A DNA stretch of 20,820 bases, from IMG/VR virus record IMGVR_UViG_2778261009_000002; one strand, given 5' to 3'. The position numbers and the translations under genes are program-made. This DNA comes from a virus. Its lineage: Duplodnaviria > Heunggongvirae > Uroviricota > Caudoviricetes. This document shows positions 1 to 11,732 of the stretch, in pieces (the first letter of the stretch is position 1; every line of letters starts with the position of its first letter). The notes beneath the pieces are model-generated. The model ran no database searches. It was not told where the DNA came from and saw nothing but the letters and a program-made list of their open reading frames with translations.

Positions 1-142
1 GCTGGAAAGGCTGGGCCATACTCCTCCGGCAGAAGCAGAAAAAGCTTATTATGCTTCCATCGGAAACGATGATCTGGCAGCCTGAGTTCACAGATAAAAC
101 ACTCTCCAGGAAACCCGGGGCGGTTCAACCGGACGTTATGAT

Positions 143-553
143 TTAGCGTGGAAAGATTTGTGTAGTGTTCTGAATGCTCTCAGTAAATAGTAATGAATTA
201 TCAAAGGTATAGTAATATCTTTTATGTTCGTGGATATTTGTAACCCATCGGAAAACTCCTGCTTTAGCAAGATTTTCCCTGTATTGCTGAAATGTGATTT
301 CTCTTGATTTCAACCTATCAAAGGACGTTTCTATAAGATGCGTATTTCTTGAGAATTTAACATTTACAACCTTTTTAAGTCCTTTTATTAACACAGTGTT
401 ATCGTTTTCTAACACAATGTGAATATTATCTGTGGCTAGATAGTAAATATAATGTGAGACATTGTGACGTTTTAGTTCAGAATAAAACAATTCACAGTTT
501 AAATCTTTTCGCACTTGATCGAATATTTCTTTAAAAATGGCAACCTGAGCCAT
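143..553 (-). CDS. Hypothetical moron protein, 136 aa; possibly DUF1398 / YbcV-YdfO-like (by recollection only)
   Basis: The six-frame ORF 143..676 has a TTG at 674-676, not an ATG. The in-frame ATG at 551-553 is preceded by GGAAGG at about 8 nt spacing and gives a 136-aa protein ([13 protein letters not shown]...). The region is visibly AT-rich compared with the flanking phage DNA. Family assignment rests on memory of the gene order upstream of the Nu1 homolog in E. coli cryptic prophages. Confidence 0.5.
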   Translation of the reverse strand: MAQVAIFKEIFDQVRKDLNCELFYSELKRHNVSHYIYYLATDNIHIVLENDNTVLIKGLKKVVNVKFSRNTHLIETSFDRLKSREITFQQYRENLAKAGVFRWVTNIHEHKRYYYTFDNSLLFTESIQNTTQIFPR

Positions 554-838
554 TGGTAAAACCTTCCATGTGATACGAGGGCGCGTAGTTTGCATTATCG
601 TTTTTATCGTTTCAATCTGGTCTGACCTCTTTGTGTTTTGTTGATGATTTATGTCAAATATTAGGAATGTTTTCAATTAATAGTATTGGTTGTGTAACAA
701 AGTGCGGTCCTGCTGGCATTCTGGAGGGAAATACAACCGACAGATGTATGTAAGGCCAACGTGCTCAAATCTTCATACAGAAAGATTTGAAGTAATATTT
801 TAACCGCTAGATGAAGAGCAAGCGCATGGAGCGACAAA

Positions 839-1045
839 ATGAATAAAGAACAATCTGCTGATGATCCCTCCGTGGATCTGATTCGTGTAAAAAATATGCT
901 TAATAGCACCATTTCTATGAGTTACCCTGATGTTGTAATTGCATGTATAGAACATAAGGTGTCTCTGGAAGCATTCAGGGCAATTGAGGCAGCGTTGGTG
1001 AAGCACGATAATAATATGAAGGATTATTCCCTGGTGGTTGACTGA
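839..1045 (+). CDS. Small hypothetical protein, 68 aa (possibly YbcW/YnfO-like)
   Basis: ATG at 839 with GGAG about 9 nt upstream; 68-aa ORF divergent from the 136-aa gene and convergent with the 64-aa gene. No recognisable catalytic motif. Confidence 0.45.
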
Positions 1046-1209
1046 TCACCATAACTGCTAATCATTCAAACTACTTAACCTGTGACAGAGCCAACACGCA
1101 GTCTGTCACTGTCAGGAAAGTGGTAAAACTGCAACTCAATTACTGCAATGCCCTCGTAATTAAGTGAATTTACAATATCGTCCTGTTCGGAGGGAAGAAC
1201 GCGGGATGT

Positions 1210-1404
1210 TCATTCTTCATCACTTTTAATTGATGTATATGCTCTCTTTTCTGACGTTAGCCTCCGACGGCAGGCTTCAATGACCCAGGCTGAGAAATTC
1301 CCGGACCCTTTTTGATCAAGAGCGATGTTAATTTGTTCAATCATTTGGTTAGGAAAGCGGATGTTGCGGGTTGTTGTTCTGCGGGTTCTGTTCTTCGTTG
1401 ACAT
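1210..1404 (-). CDS. Small basic protein, 64 aa, with ribbon-helix-helix-like core (possibly YlcI / DUF3950-like)
   Basis: ATG at 1402-1404 on the minus strand. Arg/Thr-rich N-terminus followed by IRFPNQMIEQINIALDQKGSGNFSAWVIEACRRRL, which fits a beta-strand/helix/turn/helix RHH pattern. The Shine-Dalgarno is weak. Confidence 0.45.
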   Translation of the reverse strand: MSTKNRTRRTTTRNIRFPNQMIEQINIALDQKGSGNFSAWVIEACRRRLTSEKRAYTSIKSDEE

Positions 1405-1569
1405 GAGGTTGCCCCGTATTCAGTGTCGCTGATTTGTATTGTCTGAAGTTGTTTTTACGTTAAGTTGATGCGGATCAATTAATACGATACCTGCGTCATA
1501 ATTGATTATTTGACGTGGTTTGATGGCGTAGATGCACGTTGTGACATGTAGATGATAATTATTATCATT

Positions 1570-1790
1570 TTGCGGGTCCTTTCCGGCGATCCGACAGGTT
1601 ACGGGGCGGCGACCTCGCGGGTTTTCGCTATTTATGAAAATTTTCCGGTTTAAGGTGTTTCCGTTCTTCTTCGTCGTAACTTAATGTTTTTATTTAAAAT
1701 ACCCCCTGAAAAGAAAGGAAACGACAGGTGCTGAAAACGGGCTTTTTGGCCTTTGTCGTTTCCTTTCTCTGTTTTTGTCCGTGGAATGAA
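1570..1790 (+). other. cos: Cohesive-end site cos (cosQ-cosN-cosB), lambda type
   Basis: GGGCGGCGACCT at 1604-1615 matches the 12-nt lambda cohesive end (cosN). Downstream are Nu1-binding R-element-like repeats: R3 about 1655-1673 (GTGTTTCCGTTCTTCTTCG), inverted R2 about 1712-1728 (GAAAGGAAACGACAGG), R1 about 1753-1769 (TTGTCGTTTCCTTTCTC), with an AT-rich IHF-like stretch between R3 and R2. Upstream sequence from about 1440 resembles the lambda right end. Confidence 0.85.
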
Positions 1791-1792
1791 CA

Positions 1793-2312
1793 ATGGAAGT
1801 CAACAAAAAGCAGCTGGCTGACATTTTCGGTGCGAGTATCCGTACCATTCAGAACTGGCAGGAACAGGGAATGCCCGTTCTGCGAGGCGGTGGCAAGGGT
1901 AATGAGGTGCTTTATGACTCTGCCGCCGTTATAAAATGGTATGCCGAAAGGGATGCTGAAATTGAGAACGAAAAGCTGCGCCGGGAAGTTGAAGAACTGC
2001 GGCAGGCCAGCGAGACAGATCTCCAGCCAGGGACTATTGAGTACGAACGCCATCGACTTACGCGTGCGCAGGCCGACGCACAGGAACTGAAGAATGCCAG
2101 AGACTCCGCTGAAGTGGTGGAAACCGCATTCTGTACTTTCGTGCTGTCGCGGATCGCAGGTGAAATTGCCAGTATTCTCGACGGGATCCCCCTGTCGGTG
2201 CAGCGGCGTTTTCCGGAACTGGAAAACCGACATGTTGATTTCCTGAAACGGGATATCATCAAAGCCATGAACAAAGCAGCCGCGCTGGATGAACTGATAC
2301 CGGGGTTGCTGA

Positions 2313-2338
<26 letters not shown>
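1793..2338 (+). CDS. nu1: Terminase small subunit Nu1
   Basis: 181-aa ORF starting MEVNKKQLADIFGASIRTIQNWQEQGMPVLRGGG, near-identical to lambda gpNu1 as I remember it. Starts immediately after cosB and overlaps the A start by 26 nt, as in lambda. Confidence 0.97.
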
Positions 2339-6019
<3,681 letters not shown>

Positions 6020-6039
<20 letters not shown>

Positions 6040-7339
6040 TCTCCCGCATATTGCCAGCATGGCCTTTAATGAGCCGCTGATGCTTGAACCCGCCTATGCG
6101 CGGGTTTTCTTTTGTGCGCTTGCAGGCCAGCTTGGGATCAGCCGCCTGACGGATGCGGTGTCCGGCGACAGCCTGACTGCCCAGGAGGCACCCGCGACGC
6201 TGGCATTATCCGGTGATGATGACGGACCACGACAGGCCCGCAGTTATCAGGTCATGAACGGCATCGCCGTGCTGCCGGTGTCCGGCACGCTGGTCAGCCG
6301 GACGCGGGCGCTGCAGCCGTACTCGGGGATGACCGGTTACAACGGCATTATCGCCCGTCTGCAACAGGCTGCCAGCGACCCGATGGTGGACGGCATTCTG
6401 CTCGATATGGACACACCGGGCGGAATGGTGGCGGGAGCATTTGACTGCGCTGACATCATCGCCCGTGTGCGTGACATAAAACCGGTATGGGCGCTGGCCA
6501 ACGACATGAACTGCAGTGCAGGTCAGCTGCTTGCCAGTGCCGCCTCCCGGCGTCTGGTCACGCAGACCGCCCGGACAGGCTCCATCGGCGTCATGATGGC
6601 TCACAGTAATTACGGTGCTGCCCTGGAGAAACAGGGTGTGGAAATCACGCTGATTTACAGCGGCAGCCATAAGGTGGATGGCAATCCCTACAGCCATCTT
6701 CCGGATGACGTCCGGGAGACACTGCAGTCCCGGATGGACGCAACCCGCCAGATGTTTGCGCAGAAGGTGTCGGCATATACCGGCCTGTCTGTGCAGGCTG
6801 TGCTGGATACCGAGGCTGCAGTGTACAGCGGTCAGGAGGCCATTGATGCCGGACTGGCTGATGAACTTGTTAACAGCACCGATGCGATCACCGTCATGCG
6901 TGATGCACTGGATGCGCGTAAATCCCGTCTCTCAGGAGGGCGAATGACCAAAGAGACTCAATCAACAACTGTTTCAGCCACTGCTTCGCAGACTGACGTT
7001 ACTGACGTGGTGCCAGCGACGGAGGGCGAAAACGCCAGCGCGGCGCAGCCGGACGTGAACGCGCAGATCACCGCTGCGGTTGCGGCAGAAAACAGCCGCA
7101 TTATGGGGATCCTCAACTGTGAGGAGGCTCACGGACGCGAAGAACAGGCCCGCGTGCTGGCAGAAACCCCCGGTATGACCGTGGAAACGGCCCGCCGCAT
7201 TCTGGCAGCTGCACCACAGAGTGCACAGGCGCGCAGTGACACTGCGCTGGATCGTCTGATGCAGGGGGCACCGGCACCGCTGGCTGCAGGTAACCCGGCA
7301 TCTGATGCCGTTAACGATTTGCTGAACACACCAGTGTAA
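6020..7339 (+). CDS. C: Head maturation protease / scaffold C
   Basis: The six-frame ORF runs from 5873, but the lambda-type start is the GTG at 6020 (VTAELRNLPHIASMAFNEPLML...), preceded by GAGGAGGAGAAG. This gives 439 aa, overlapping the B 3' end by 20 nt as in lambda. Confidence 0.93.
6734..7339 (+). CDS. nu3: Scaffolding protein Nu3 (in-frame internal start within C)
   Basis: In-frame ATG at 6734 (MDATRQMFAQKVSAYTGL...) gives 201 aa sharing the C stop. This matches the known nested C/Nu3 arrangement in lambda. Confidence 0.8.
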   Translation: MDATRQMFAQKVSAYTGLSVQAVLDTEAAVYSGQEAIDAGLADELVNSTDAITVMRDALDARKSRLSGGRMTKETQSTTVSATASQTDVTDVVPATEGENASAAQPDVNAQITAAVAAENSRIMGILNCEEAHGREEQARVLAETPGMTVETARRILAAAPQSAQARSDTALDRLMQGAPAPLAAGNPASDAVNDLLNTPV

Positions 7340-7348
7340 GGGATGTTT

Positions 7349-7681
7349 ATGACGAGCAAAGAAACCTTTACCCATTACCAGCCGCTGGGCAACAGTGACC
7401 CGGCACATACGGCAACCGCGCCCGGCGGATTGAGTGCGAAAGCGCCTGCAATGACCCCGCTGATGCTGGATACCTCCACCCGTAAGCTGGTTGCGTGGGA
7501 TGGCACCACCGACGGTGCTGCCGTTGGCATTCTGGCGGTTGATGCTGACCAGACCAGCACCACGCTGACGTTCTACAAGTCCGGCACGTTCCGTTATGAG
7601 GATGTGCTCTGGCCGGAGGCTGCCAGCGACGAGACGAAAAAACGGACCGCGTTTGCCGGAACGGCAATCAGCATCGTTTAA
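7349..7681 (+). CDS. D: Head decoration protein D
   Basis: [22 protein letters not shown]..., 110 aa from the ATG at 7349 (lambda gpD is 110 aa). An alternative ATG lies 6 nt upstream at 7343. Confidence 0.93.
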   Translation: MTSKETFTHYQPLGNSDPAHTATAPGGLSAKAPAMTPLMLDTSTRKLVAWDGTTDGAAVGILAVDADQTSTTLTFYKSGTFRYEDVLWPEAASDETKKRTAFAGTAISIV

Positions 7682-7699
7682 CTTTACCCTTCATCACTA

Positions 7700-7723
7700 A
7701 AGGCCGCCTGTGCGGCTTTTTTT
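7700..7723 (+). terminator. Intrinsic-terminator-like hairpin between D and E
   Basis: AAAGGCCGC-CTGT-GCGGC followed by TTTTTTT: a 5-6 bp GC stem, 4-nt loop and T7 run, ending about 14 nt before the E start codon. Confidence 0.4.
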
Positions 7724-7736
7724 ACGGGATTTTTTT

Positions 7737-8762
7737 ATGTCGATGTACACAACCGCCCAGCTGCTGGCGGCAAATGAGCAGAAATTTAAGTTTGATCCGC
7801 TGTTTCTGCGTCTCTTTTTCCGTGAGAGCTATCCCTTCACTACGGAGAAAGTCTATCTCTCACAAATTCCGGGACTGGTAAACATGGCGCTGTACGTTTC
7901 GCCGATTGTTTCCGGTGAGGTTATCCGTTCCCGTGGCGGCTCCACCTCTGAATTTACGCCGGGATATGTCAAACCCAAGCATGAAGTGAATCCGCAGATG
8001 ACCCTGCGTCGCCTGCCGGATGAAGATCCGCAGAATCTGGCGGACCCGGCTTACCGCCGCCGTCGCATCATCCTGCAGAACATGCGTGACGAAGAGCTGG
8101 CCATTGCTCAGGTCGAAGAGATGCAGGCAGTTTCTGCCGTGCTCAAGGGCAAATACACCATGACCGGTGAAGCCTTCGATCCGGTTGAGGTGGATATGGG
8201 CCGCAGTGCGGCGAACAACATCACGCAGTCCGGCGGCACGGAGTGGAGCAAGCGTGACAAGTCCACGTATGACCCGACCGACGATATCGAAGCCTACGCG
8301 CTGAACGCCAGCGGAGTGGTGAATATCATCGTGTTTGATCCGAAAGGCTGGGCGCTGTTCCGTTCCTTCAAAGCCGTCAAGGAGAAGCTGGATACCCGTC
8401 GCGGCTCTCATTCCGAGCTGGAGACAGCGGTGAAAGACCTGGGTAAAGCGGTGTCCTATAAGGGGATGTATGGCGATGTGGCCATCGTCGTGTATTCCGG
8501 ACAGTACGTGGAAAACGGCGTCAAAAAGAACTTCCTGCCGGACAACACGATGGTGCTGGGTAACACTCATGCACGCGGTCTGCGCACCTATGGCTGTATT
8601 CAGGATGCGGATGCATTGAGTGAGGGTATTAATGCGTCTCCCCGTTATCCGAAAAACTGGAAGACATCCGGCGATCCGGCGCGAGAGTTCACCATGATTC
8701 AGTCAGCACCGCTGATGCTGCTGGCTGATCCTGATGAGTTCGTGTCCGTTCAACTGGCGTAA
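7737..8762 (+). CDS. E: Major capsid protein E
   Basis: The six-frame ORF starts at 7710, but the lambda N-terminus MSMYTTAQLLAANEQKFKFDPLFLRLFF begins at the ATG at 7737, giving 341 aa as in lambda gpE. Confidence 0.96.
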   Translation: MSMYTTAQLLAANEQKFKFDPLFLRLFFRESYPFTTEKVYLSQIPGLVNMALYVSPIVSGEVIRSRGGSTSEFTPGYVKPKHEVNPQMTLRRLPDEDPQNLADPAYRRRRIILQNMRDEELAIAQVEEMQAVSAVLKGKYTMTGEAFDPVEVDMGRSAANNITQSGGTEWSKRDKSTYDPTDDIEAYALNASGVVNIIVFDPKGWALFRSFKAVKEKLDTRRGSHSELETAVKDLGKAVSYKGMYGDVAIVVYSGQYVENGVKKNFLPDNTMVLGNTHARGLRTYGCIQDADALSEGINASPRYPKNWKTSGDPAREFTMIQSAPLMLLADPDEFVSVQLA

Positions 8763-8764
8763 TC

Positions 8765-8782
8765 ATGGCCCTTCGGGGCCAT
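8765..8782 (+). other. Stable RNA hairpin with UUCG tetraloop between E and FI
   Basis: ATGGCCC-TTCG-GGGCCAT: a perfect 7-bp stem with a UUCG loop, starting 3 nt after the E stop and ending about 21 nt before the FI start. No long T tract follows. Confidence 0.3.
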
Positions 8783-8803
8783 TGTTTCTCTGTGGAGGAG
8801 TCC

Positions 8804-9199
8804 ATGACGAAAGATGAACTGATTGCCCGTCTCCGCTCGCTGGGTGAACAACTGAACCGTGATATCAGCCTGACGGGGACGAAAGAAGAACTGGCGCTCC
8901 GTGTGGCAGAGCTGGAAGAAGAGCTTGATGACACGGGCGACACTGCCGATCAGGATACCCCTCTCAGCCCGGAAAATGTGCTGACCGGACATGAAAATGA
9001 GGTTGTATCAGCGCAGCCGGATACCGTGACTGATACGGCTGATCTGGTCACGGTTGTGGCACTGGTGACGCTGCATACTGATGCACTTCACGCCACGCGG
9101 GATGAGGCTGTGGCATTTGTGCTGCCGGGAACGGCGTTCCGTGTCTCTGCCGGTGTGGCAGCTGAAATGACAGAGCGCGGCCTGGCCAGAATGCAATAA
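8804..9199 (+). CDS. FI: DNA-packaging / head assembly protein FI
   Basis: ATG at 8804 preceded by GGAGGAG (MTKDELIARLRSLGEQLNRD...), 131 aa versus about 132 in lambda. The six-frame ORF extends upstream to 8765 across the hairpin. Confidence 0.93.
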   Translation: MTKDELIARLRSLGEQLNRDISLTGTKEELALRVAELEEELDDTGDTADQDTPLSPENVLTGHENEVVSAQPDTVTDTADLVTVVALVTLHTDALHATRDEAVAFVLPGTAFRVSAGVAAEMTERGLARMQ

Positions 9200-9210
9200 C
9201 GGGAGGCGCT

Positions 9211-9564
9211 GTGGCTGATTTCGATAACCTGTTCGATGCTGCCATTGCCTGCGCCGATGAAACGATACGCGGGTACATGGGAACGTCAGCCACCATGACA
9301 TCCGGTGAGCAGTCCGGTGCTGTGATACGTGGTGTTTTTGATGACCCTGAAAATATCAGCTATGCCGGACAGGGCGTGCGCGTTGAAGGCTCCAGCCCGT
9401 CCCTGTTTGTCCGGACTGATGATGTGCGGCAGCTGCGGCGCGGCGACACGCTGACCATCGGTGAGGAAAACTTCTGGATAGACCGGATTTCGCCGGATGA
9501 TGGCGGAAGCTGTCATCTCTGGCTTGGGCGGGGCGTACCGCCTGCCGTTAACCGTCGCCGCTGA
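9211..9564 (+). CDS. FII: Head-tail connector (head completion) protein FII
   Basis: 117-aa ORF with a GTG start at 9211 (ADFDNLFDAAIACADETIRGYMG...), same length as lambda gpFII. Confidence 0.93.
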   Translation: MADFDNLFDAAIACADETIRGYMGTSATMTSGEQSGAVIRGVFDDPENISYAGQGVRVEGSSPSLFVRTDDVRQLRRGDTLTIGEENFWIDRISPDDGGSCHLWLGRGVPPAVNRRR

Positions 9565-9575
9565 AAGGGGGATGT

Positions 9576-10154
9576 ATGGCCATAAAAGGTCTTGAGCAGG
9601 CCGTTGAAAACCTCAGCCGTATCAGCAGAACGGCGGTGCCCGGTGCCGCCGCAATGGCCATTAACCGCGTTGCTTCATCCGCGATATCGCAGTCGGTGGC
9701 ACAGGTTGCCCGTGAGACAAAGGTACGCCGGAAACTGGTAAAGGAAAGGGCCAGGCTGAAAAGGGCCACGGTCAAAAATCCGCAGGCCAGAATCAGGGTT
9801 AACCGGGGGGATTTGCCCGTAATCAAGCTGGGTAACGCGCGGGTTGTCCTTTCCCGCCGCAGACGTCGTAAAAAGGGGCAGCGTTCATCCCTGAAAGGTG
9901 GCGGCAGCGTGCTTGTGGTGGGAAACCGTCGTATTCCCGGCGCGTTTATTCAGCAACTGAAAAATGGCCGGTGGCATGTCATGCAGCGTGTGGCCGGGAA
10001 AAACCGTTACCCCATTGATGTGGTGAAAATCCCGATGGCGGTGCCGCTTACCACGGCGTTTAAACAGAATATTGAACGGATACGGCGTGAACGTCTTCCG
10101 AAAGAGCTGGGCTATGCGCTGCAGCATCAACTGAGGATGGTAATAAAGCGATGA
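9576..10154 (+). CDS. Z: Tail completion protein Z
   Basis: 192-aa ORF (MAIKGLEQAVENLSRIS...), same length as lambda gpZ. Confidence 0.95.
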   Translation: MAIKGLEQAVENLSRISRTAVPGAAAMAINRVASSAISQSVAQVARETKVRRKLVKERARLKRATVKNPQARIRVNRGDLPVIKLGNARVVLSRRRRRKKGQRSSLKGGGSVLVVGNRRIPGAFIQQLKNGRWHVMQRVAGKNRYPIDVVKIPMAVPLTTAFKQNIERIRRERLPKELGYALQHQLRMVIKR

Positions 10155-10546
10155 AACATACTGAACTCCGTGCAGCCGTACTGGATGCACTGGAGAAGCA
10201 TGACACCGGGGCGACGTTTTTTGATGGTCGCCCCGCTGTTTTTGATGAGGCGGATTTTCCGGCAGTTGCCGTTTATCTCACCGGCGCTGAATACACGGGC
10301 GAAGAGCTGGACAGCGATACATGGCAGGCGGAGCTGCATATTGAAGTTTTCCTGCCTGCTCAGGTGCCGGATTCAGAGCTGGATGCGTGGATGGAGTCCC
10401 GGATTTATCCGGTGATGAGTGATATCCCGGCACTGTCAGATTTGATCACCAGTATGGTGGCCAGCGGCTATGACTACCGGCGCGACGATGATGCGGGCCT
10501 GTGGAGTTCAGCCGATCTGACTTATGTCATTACCTATGAAATGTGA
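10151..10546 (+). CDS. U: Tail terminator protein U
   Basis: 131-aa ORF ([26 protein letters not shown]...) overlapping the Z stop; same length as lambda gpU. Confidence 0.95.
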   Translation: MKHTELRAAVLDALEKHDTGATFFDGRPAVFDEADFPAVAVYLTGAEYTGEELDSDTWQAELHIEVFLPAQVPDSELDAWMESRIYPVMSDIPALSDLITSMVASGYDYRRDDDAGLWSSADLTYVITYEM

Positions 10547-10553
10547 GGACGCT

Positions 10554-11294
10554 ATGCCTGTACCAAATCCTGTAATGCCGGTGAAAGGTGCCGGGACCAC
10601 CCTGTGGGTTTATAAGGGAAGCGGTGACCCTTATGCGAATCCGCTTTCAGACGTTGACTGGTCGCGTCTGGCAAAAGTTAAAGACCTGACGCCCGGCGAA
10701 CTGACCGCTGAGTCCTATGACGACAGCTATCTCGATGATGAAGATGCAGACTGGACTGCGACCGGGCAGGGGCAGAAATCTGCCGGAGATACCAGCTTCA
10801 CGCTGGCGTGGATGCCCGGAGAGCAGGGGCAGCAGGCGCTGCTGGCGTGGTTTAATGAAGGCGATACCCGTGCCTATAAAATCCGCTTCCCGAACGGCAC
10901 GGTCGATGTGTTCCGTGGCTGGGTCAGCAGTATCGGTAAGGCGGTGACGGCGAAGGAAGTGATCACCCGCACGGTGAAAGTCACCAATGTGGGACGTCCG
11001 TCGATGGCAGAAGATCGCAGCACGGTAACAGCGGCAACCGGCATGACCGTGACGCCTGCCAGCACCTCGGTGGTGAAAGGGCAGAGCACCACGCTGACCG
11101 TGGCCTTCCAGCCGGAGGGCGTAACCGACAAGAGCTTTCGTGCGGTGTCTGCGGATAAAACAAAAGCCACCGTGTCGGTCAGTGGTATGACCATCACCGT
11201 GAAAGGCGTTGCTGCAGGTAAGGTCAACATTCCGGTTGTATCCGGTAATGGTGAACTTGCTGCGGTTGCAGAAATCACTGTCACCGACAGTTAA
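10554..11294 (+). CDS. V: Major tail tube protein V (with C-terminal Ig-like domain)
   Basis: ATG at 10554 preceded by GAGGAC ([22 protein letters not shown]...), 246 aa as in lambda gpV. The C-terminal ~90 aa are Thr/Val/Ser-rich, consistent with the known Ig-like domain. The six-frame ORF starts further upstream at 10524. Confidence 0.95.
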   Translation: MPVPNPVMPVKGAGTTLWVYKGSGDPYANPLSDVDWSRLAKVKDLTPGELTAESYDDSYLDDEDADWTATGQGQKSAGDTSFTLAWMPGEQGQQALLAWFNEGDTRAYKIRFPNGTVDVFRGWVSSIGKAVTAKEVITRTVKVTNVGRPSMAEDRSTVTAATGMTVTPASTSVVKGQSTTLTVAFQPEGVTDKSFRAVSADKTKATVSVSGMTITVKGVAAGKVNIPVVSGNGELAAVAEITVTDS

Positions 11295-11309
11295 TCCGGA
11301 GAGTCAGCG

Positions 11310-11732
11310 ATGTTCCTGAAAACCGAATCATTTGAACATAACGGCGTGACCGTCACGCTTTCTGAACTGTCAGCCCTGCAGCGTATTGAGCATCTCGCCC
11401 TGATGAAACGGCAGGCAGAACAGGCGGAGTCAGACAGCAACCGGAAGTTTACTGTGGAAGACGCCATCAGAACCGGTGCTTTTGTGGTGGCTATGTCCCT
11501 GTGGCATAACCATCCGCAGAAGACAAAGCAGCCTTCCATGAATGAAGCCGTTAAACAGATTGAGCAGGAAGTGCTTACCACCTGGCCCACAGAGGCAATT
11601 TCTCATGCTGAAAACGTGGTGTACCGGCTGTCCGGTATGTATGAGTTTGTGGTGAATGATGCCCCTGAACAGGCAGAGGACGCCGGGCCTGCAGAGCCTG
11701 TTTCTGCGGGAAAGTGTTCGACGGTGAGCTGA
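11310..11732 (+). CDS. G: Tail assembly chaperone G
   Basis: 140-aa ORF (MFLKTESFEHNGVTVTLSELSALQRIEHLALM...), same length as lambda gpG. Confidence 0.93.
   Translation: MFLKTESFEHNGVTVTLSELSALQRIEHLALMKRQAEQAESDSNRKFTVEDAIRTGAFVVAMSLWHNHPQKTKQPSMNEAVKQIEQEVLTTWPTEAISHAENVVYRLSGMYEFVVNDAPEQAEDAGPAEPVSAGKCSTVS
11708..11714 (+). promoter_or_regulatory. Programmed -1 ribosomal frameshift slippery heptamer G_GGA_AAG (G to GT)
   Basis: GGGAAAG at 11708-11714, with GGA and AAG as codons 134-135 of the G frame. The -1 frame is open from 11714 to 12148. Confidence 0.85.

Noticed and set aside
554-676. TTG start at 674-676 giving a 177-aa version of the minus-strand moron protein
   Set aside because: The codon is TTG with no convincing RBS, whereas the internal ATG at 551-553 has GGAAGG at proper spacing and gives 136 aa. 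The longer form cannot be excluded.
673-1006. Minus-strand ORFs 673..912 (79 aa) and 800..1006 (68 aa)
   Set aside because: They overlap the divergent intergenic region and the plus-strand 68-aa gene, and have low-complexity, Cys/His-rich translations typical of spurious frames in AT-rich DNA.
1694-2233. 179-aa minus-strand ORF and 68-aa plus-strand ORF (1728..1934) across cosB and Nu1
   Set aside because: They overlap the cos protein-binding repeats and the confidently assigned Nu1 gene.
7710-7736. Upstream extensions of E (from 7710), FI (from 8765) and V (from 10524) in the six-frame track
   Set aside because: The extensions run through the D/E terminator-like hairpin, the E/FI hairpin and the U 3' end respectively. 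The downstream ATGs have good RBSs and give the lambda N-termini.
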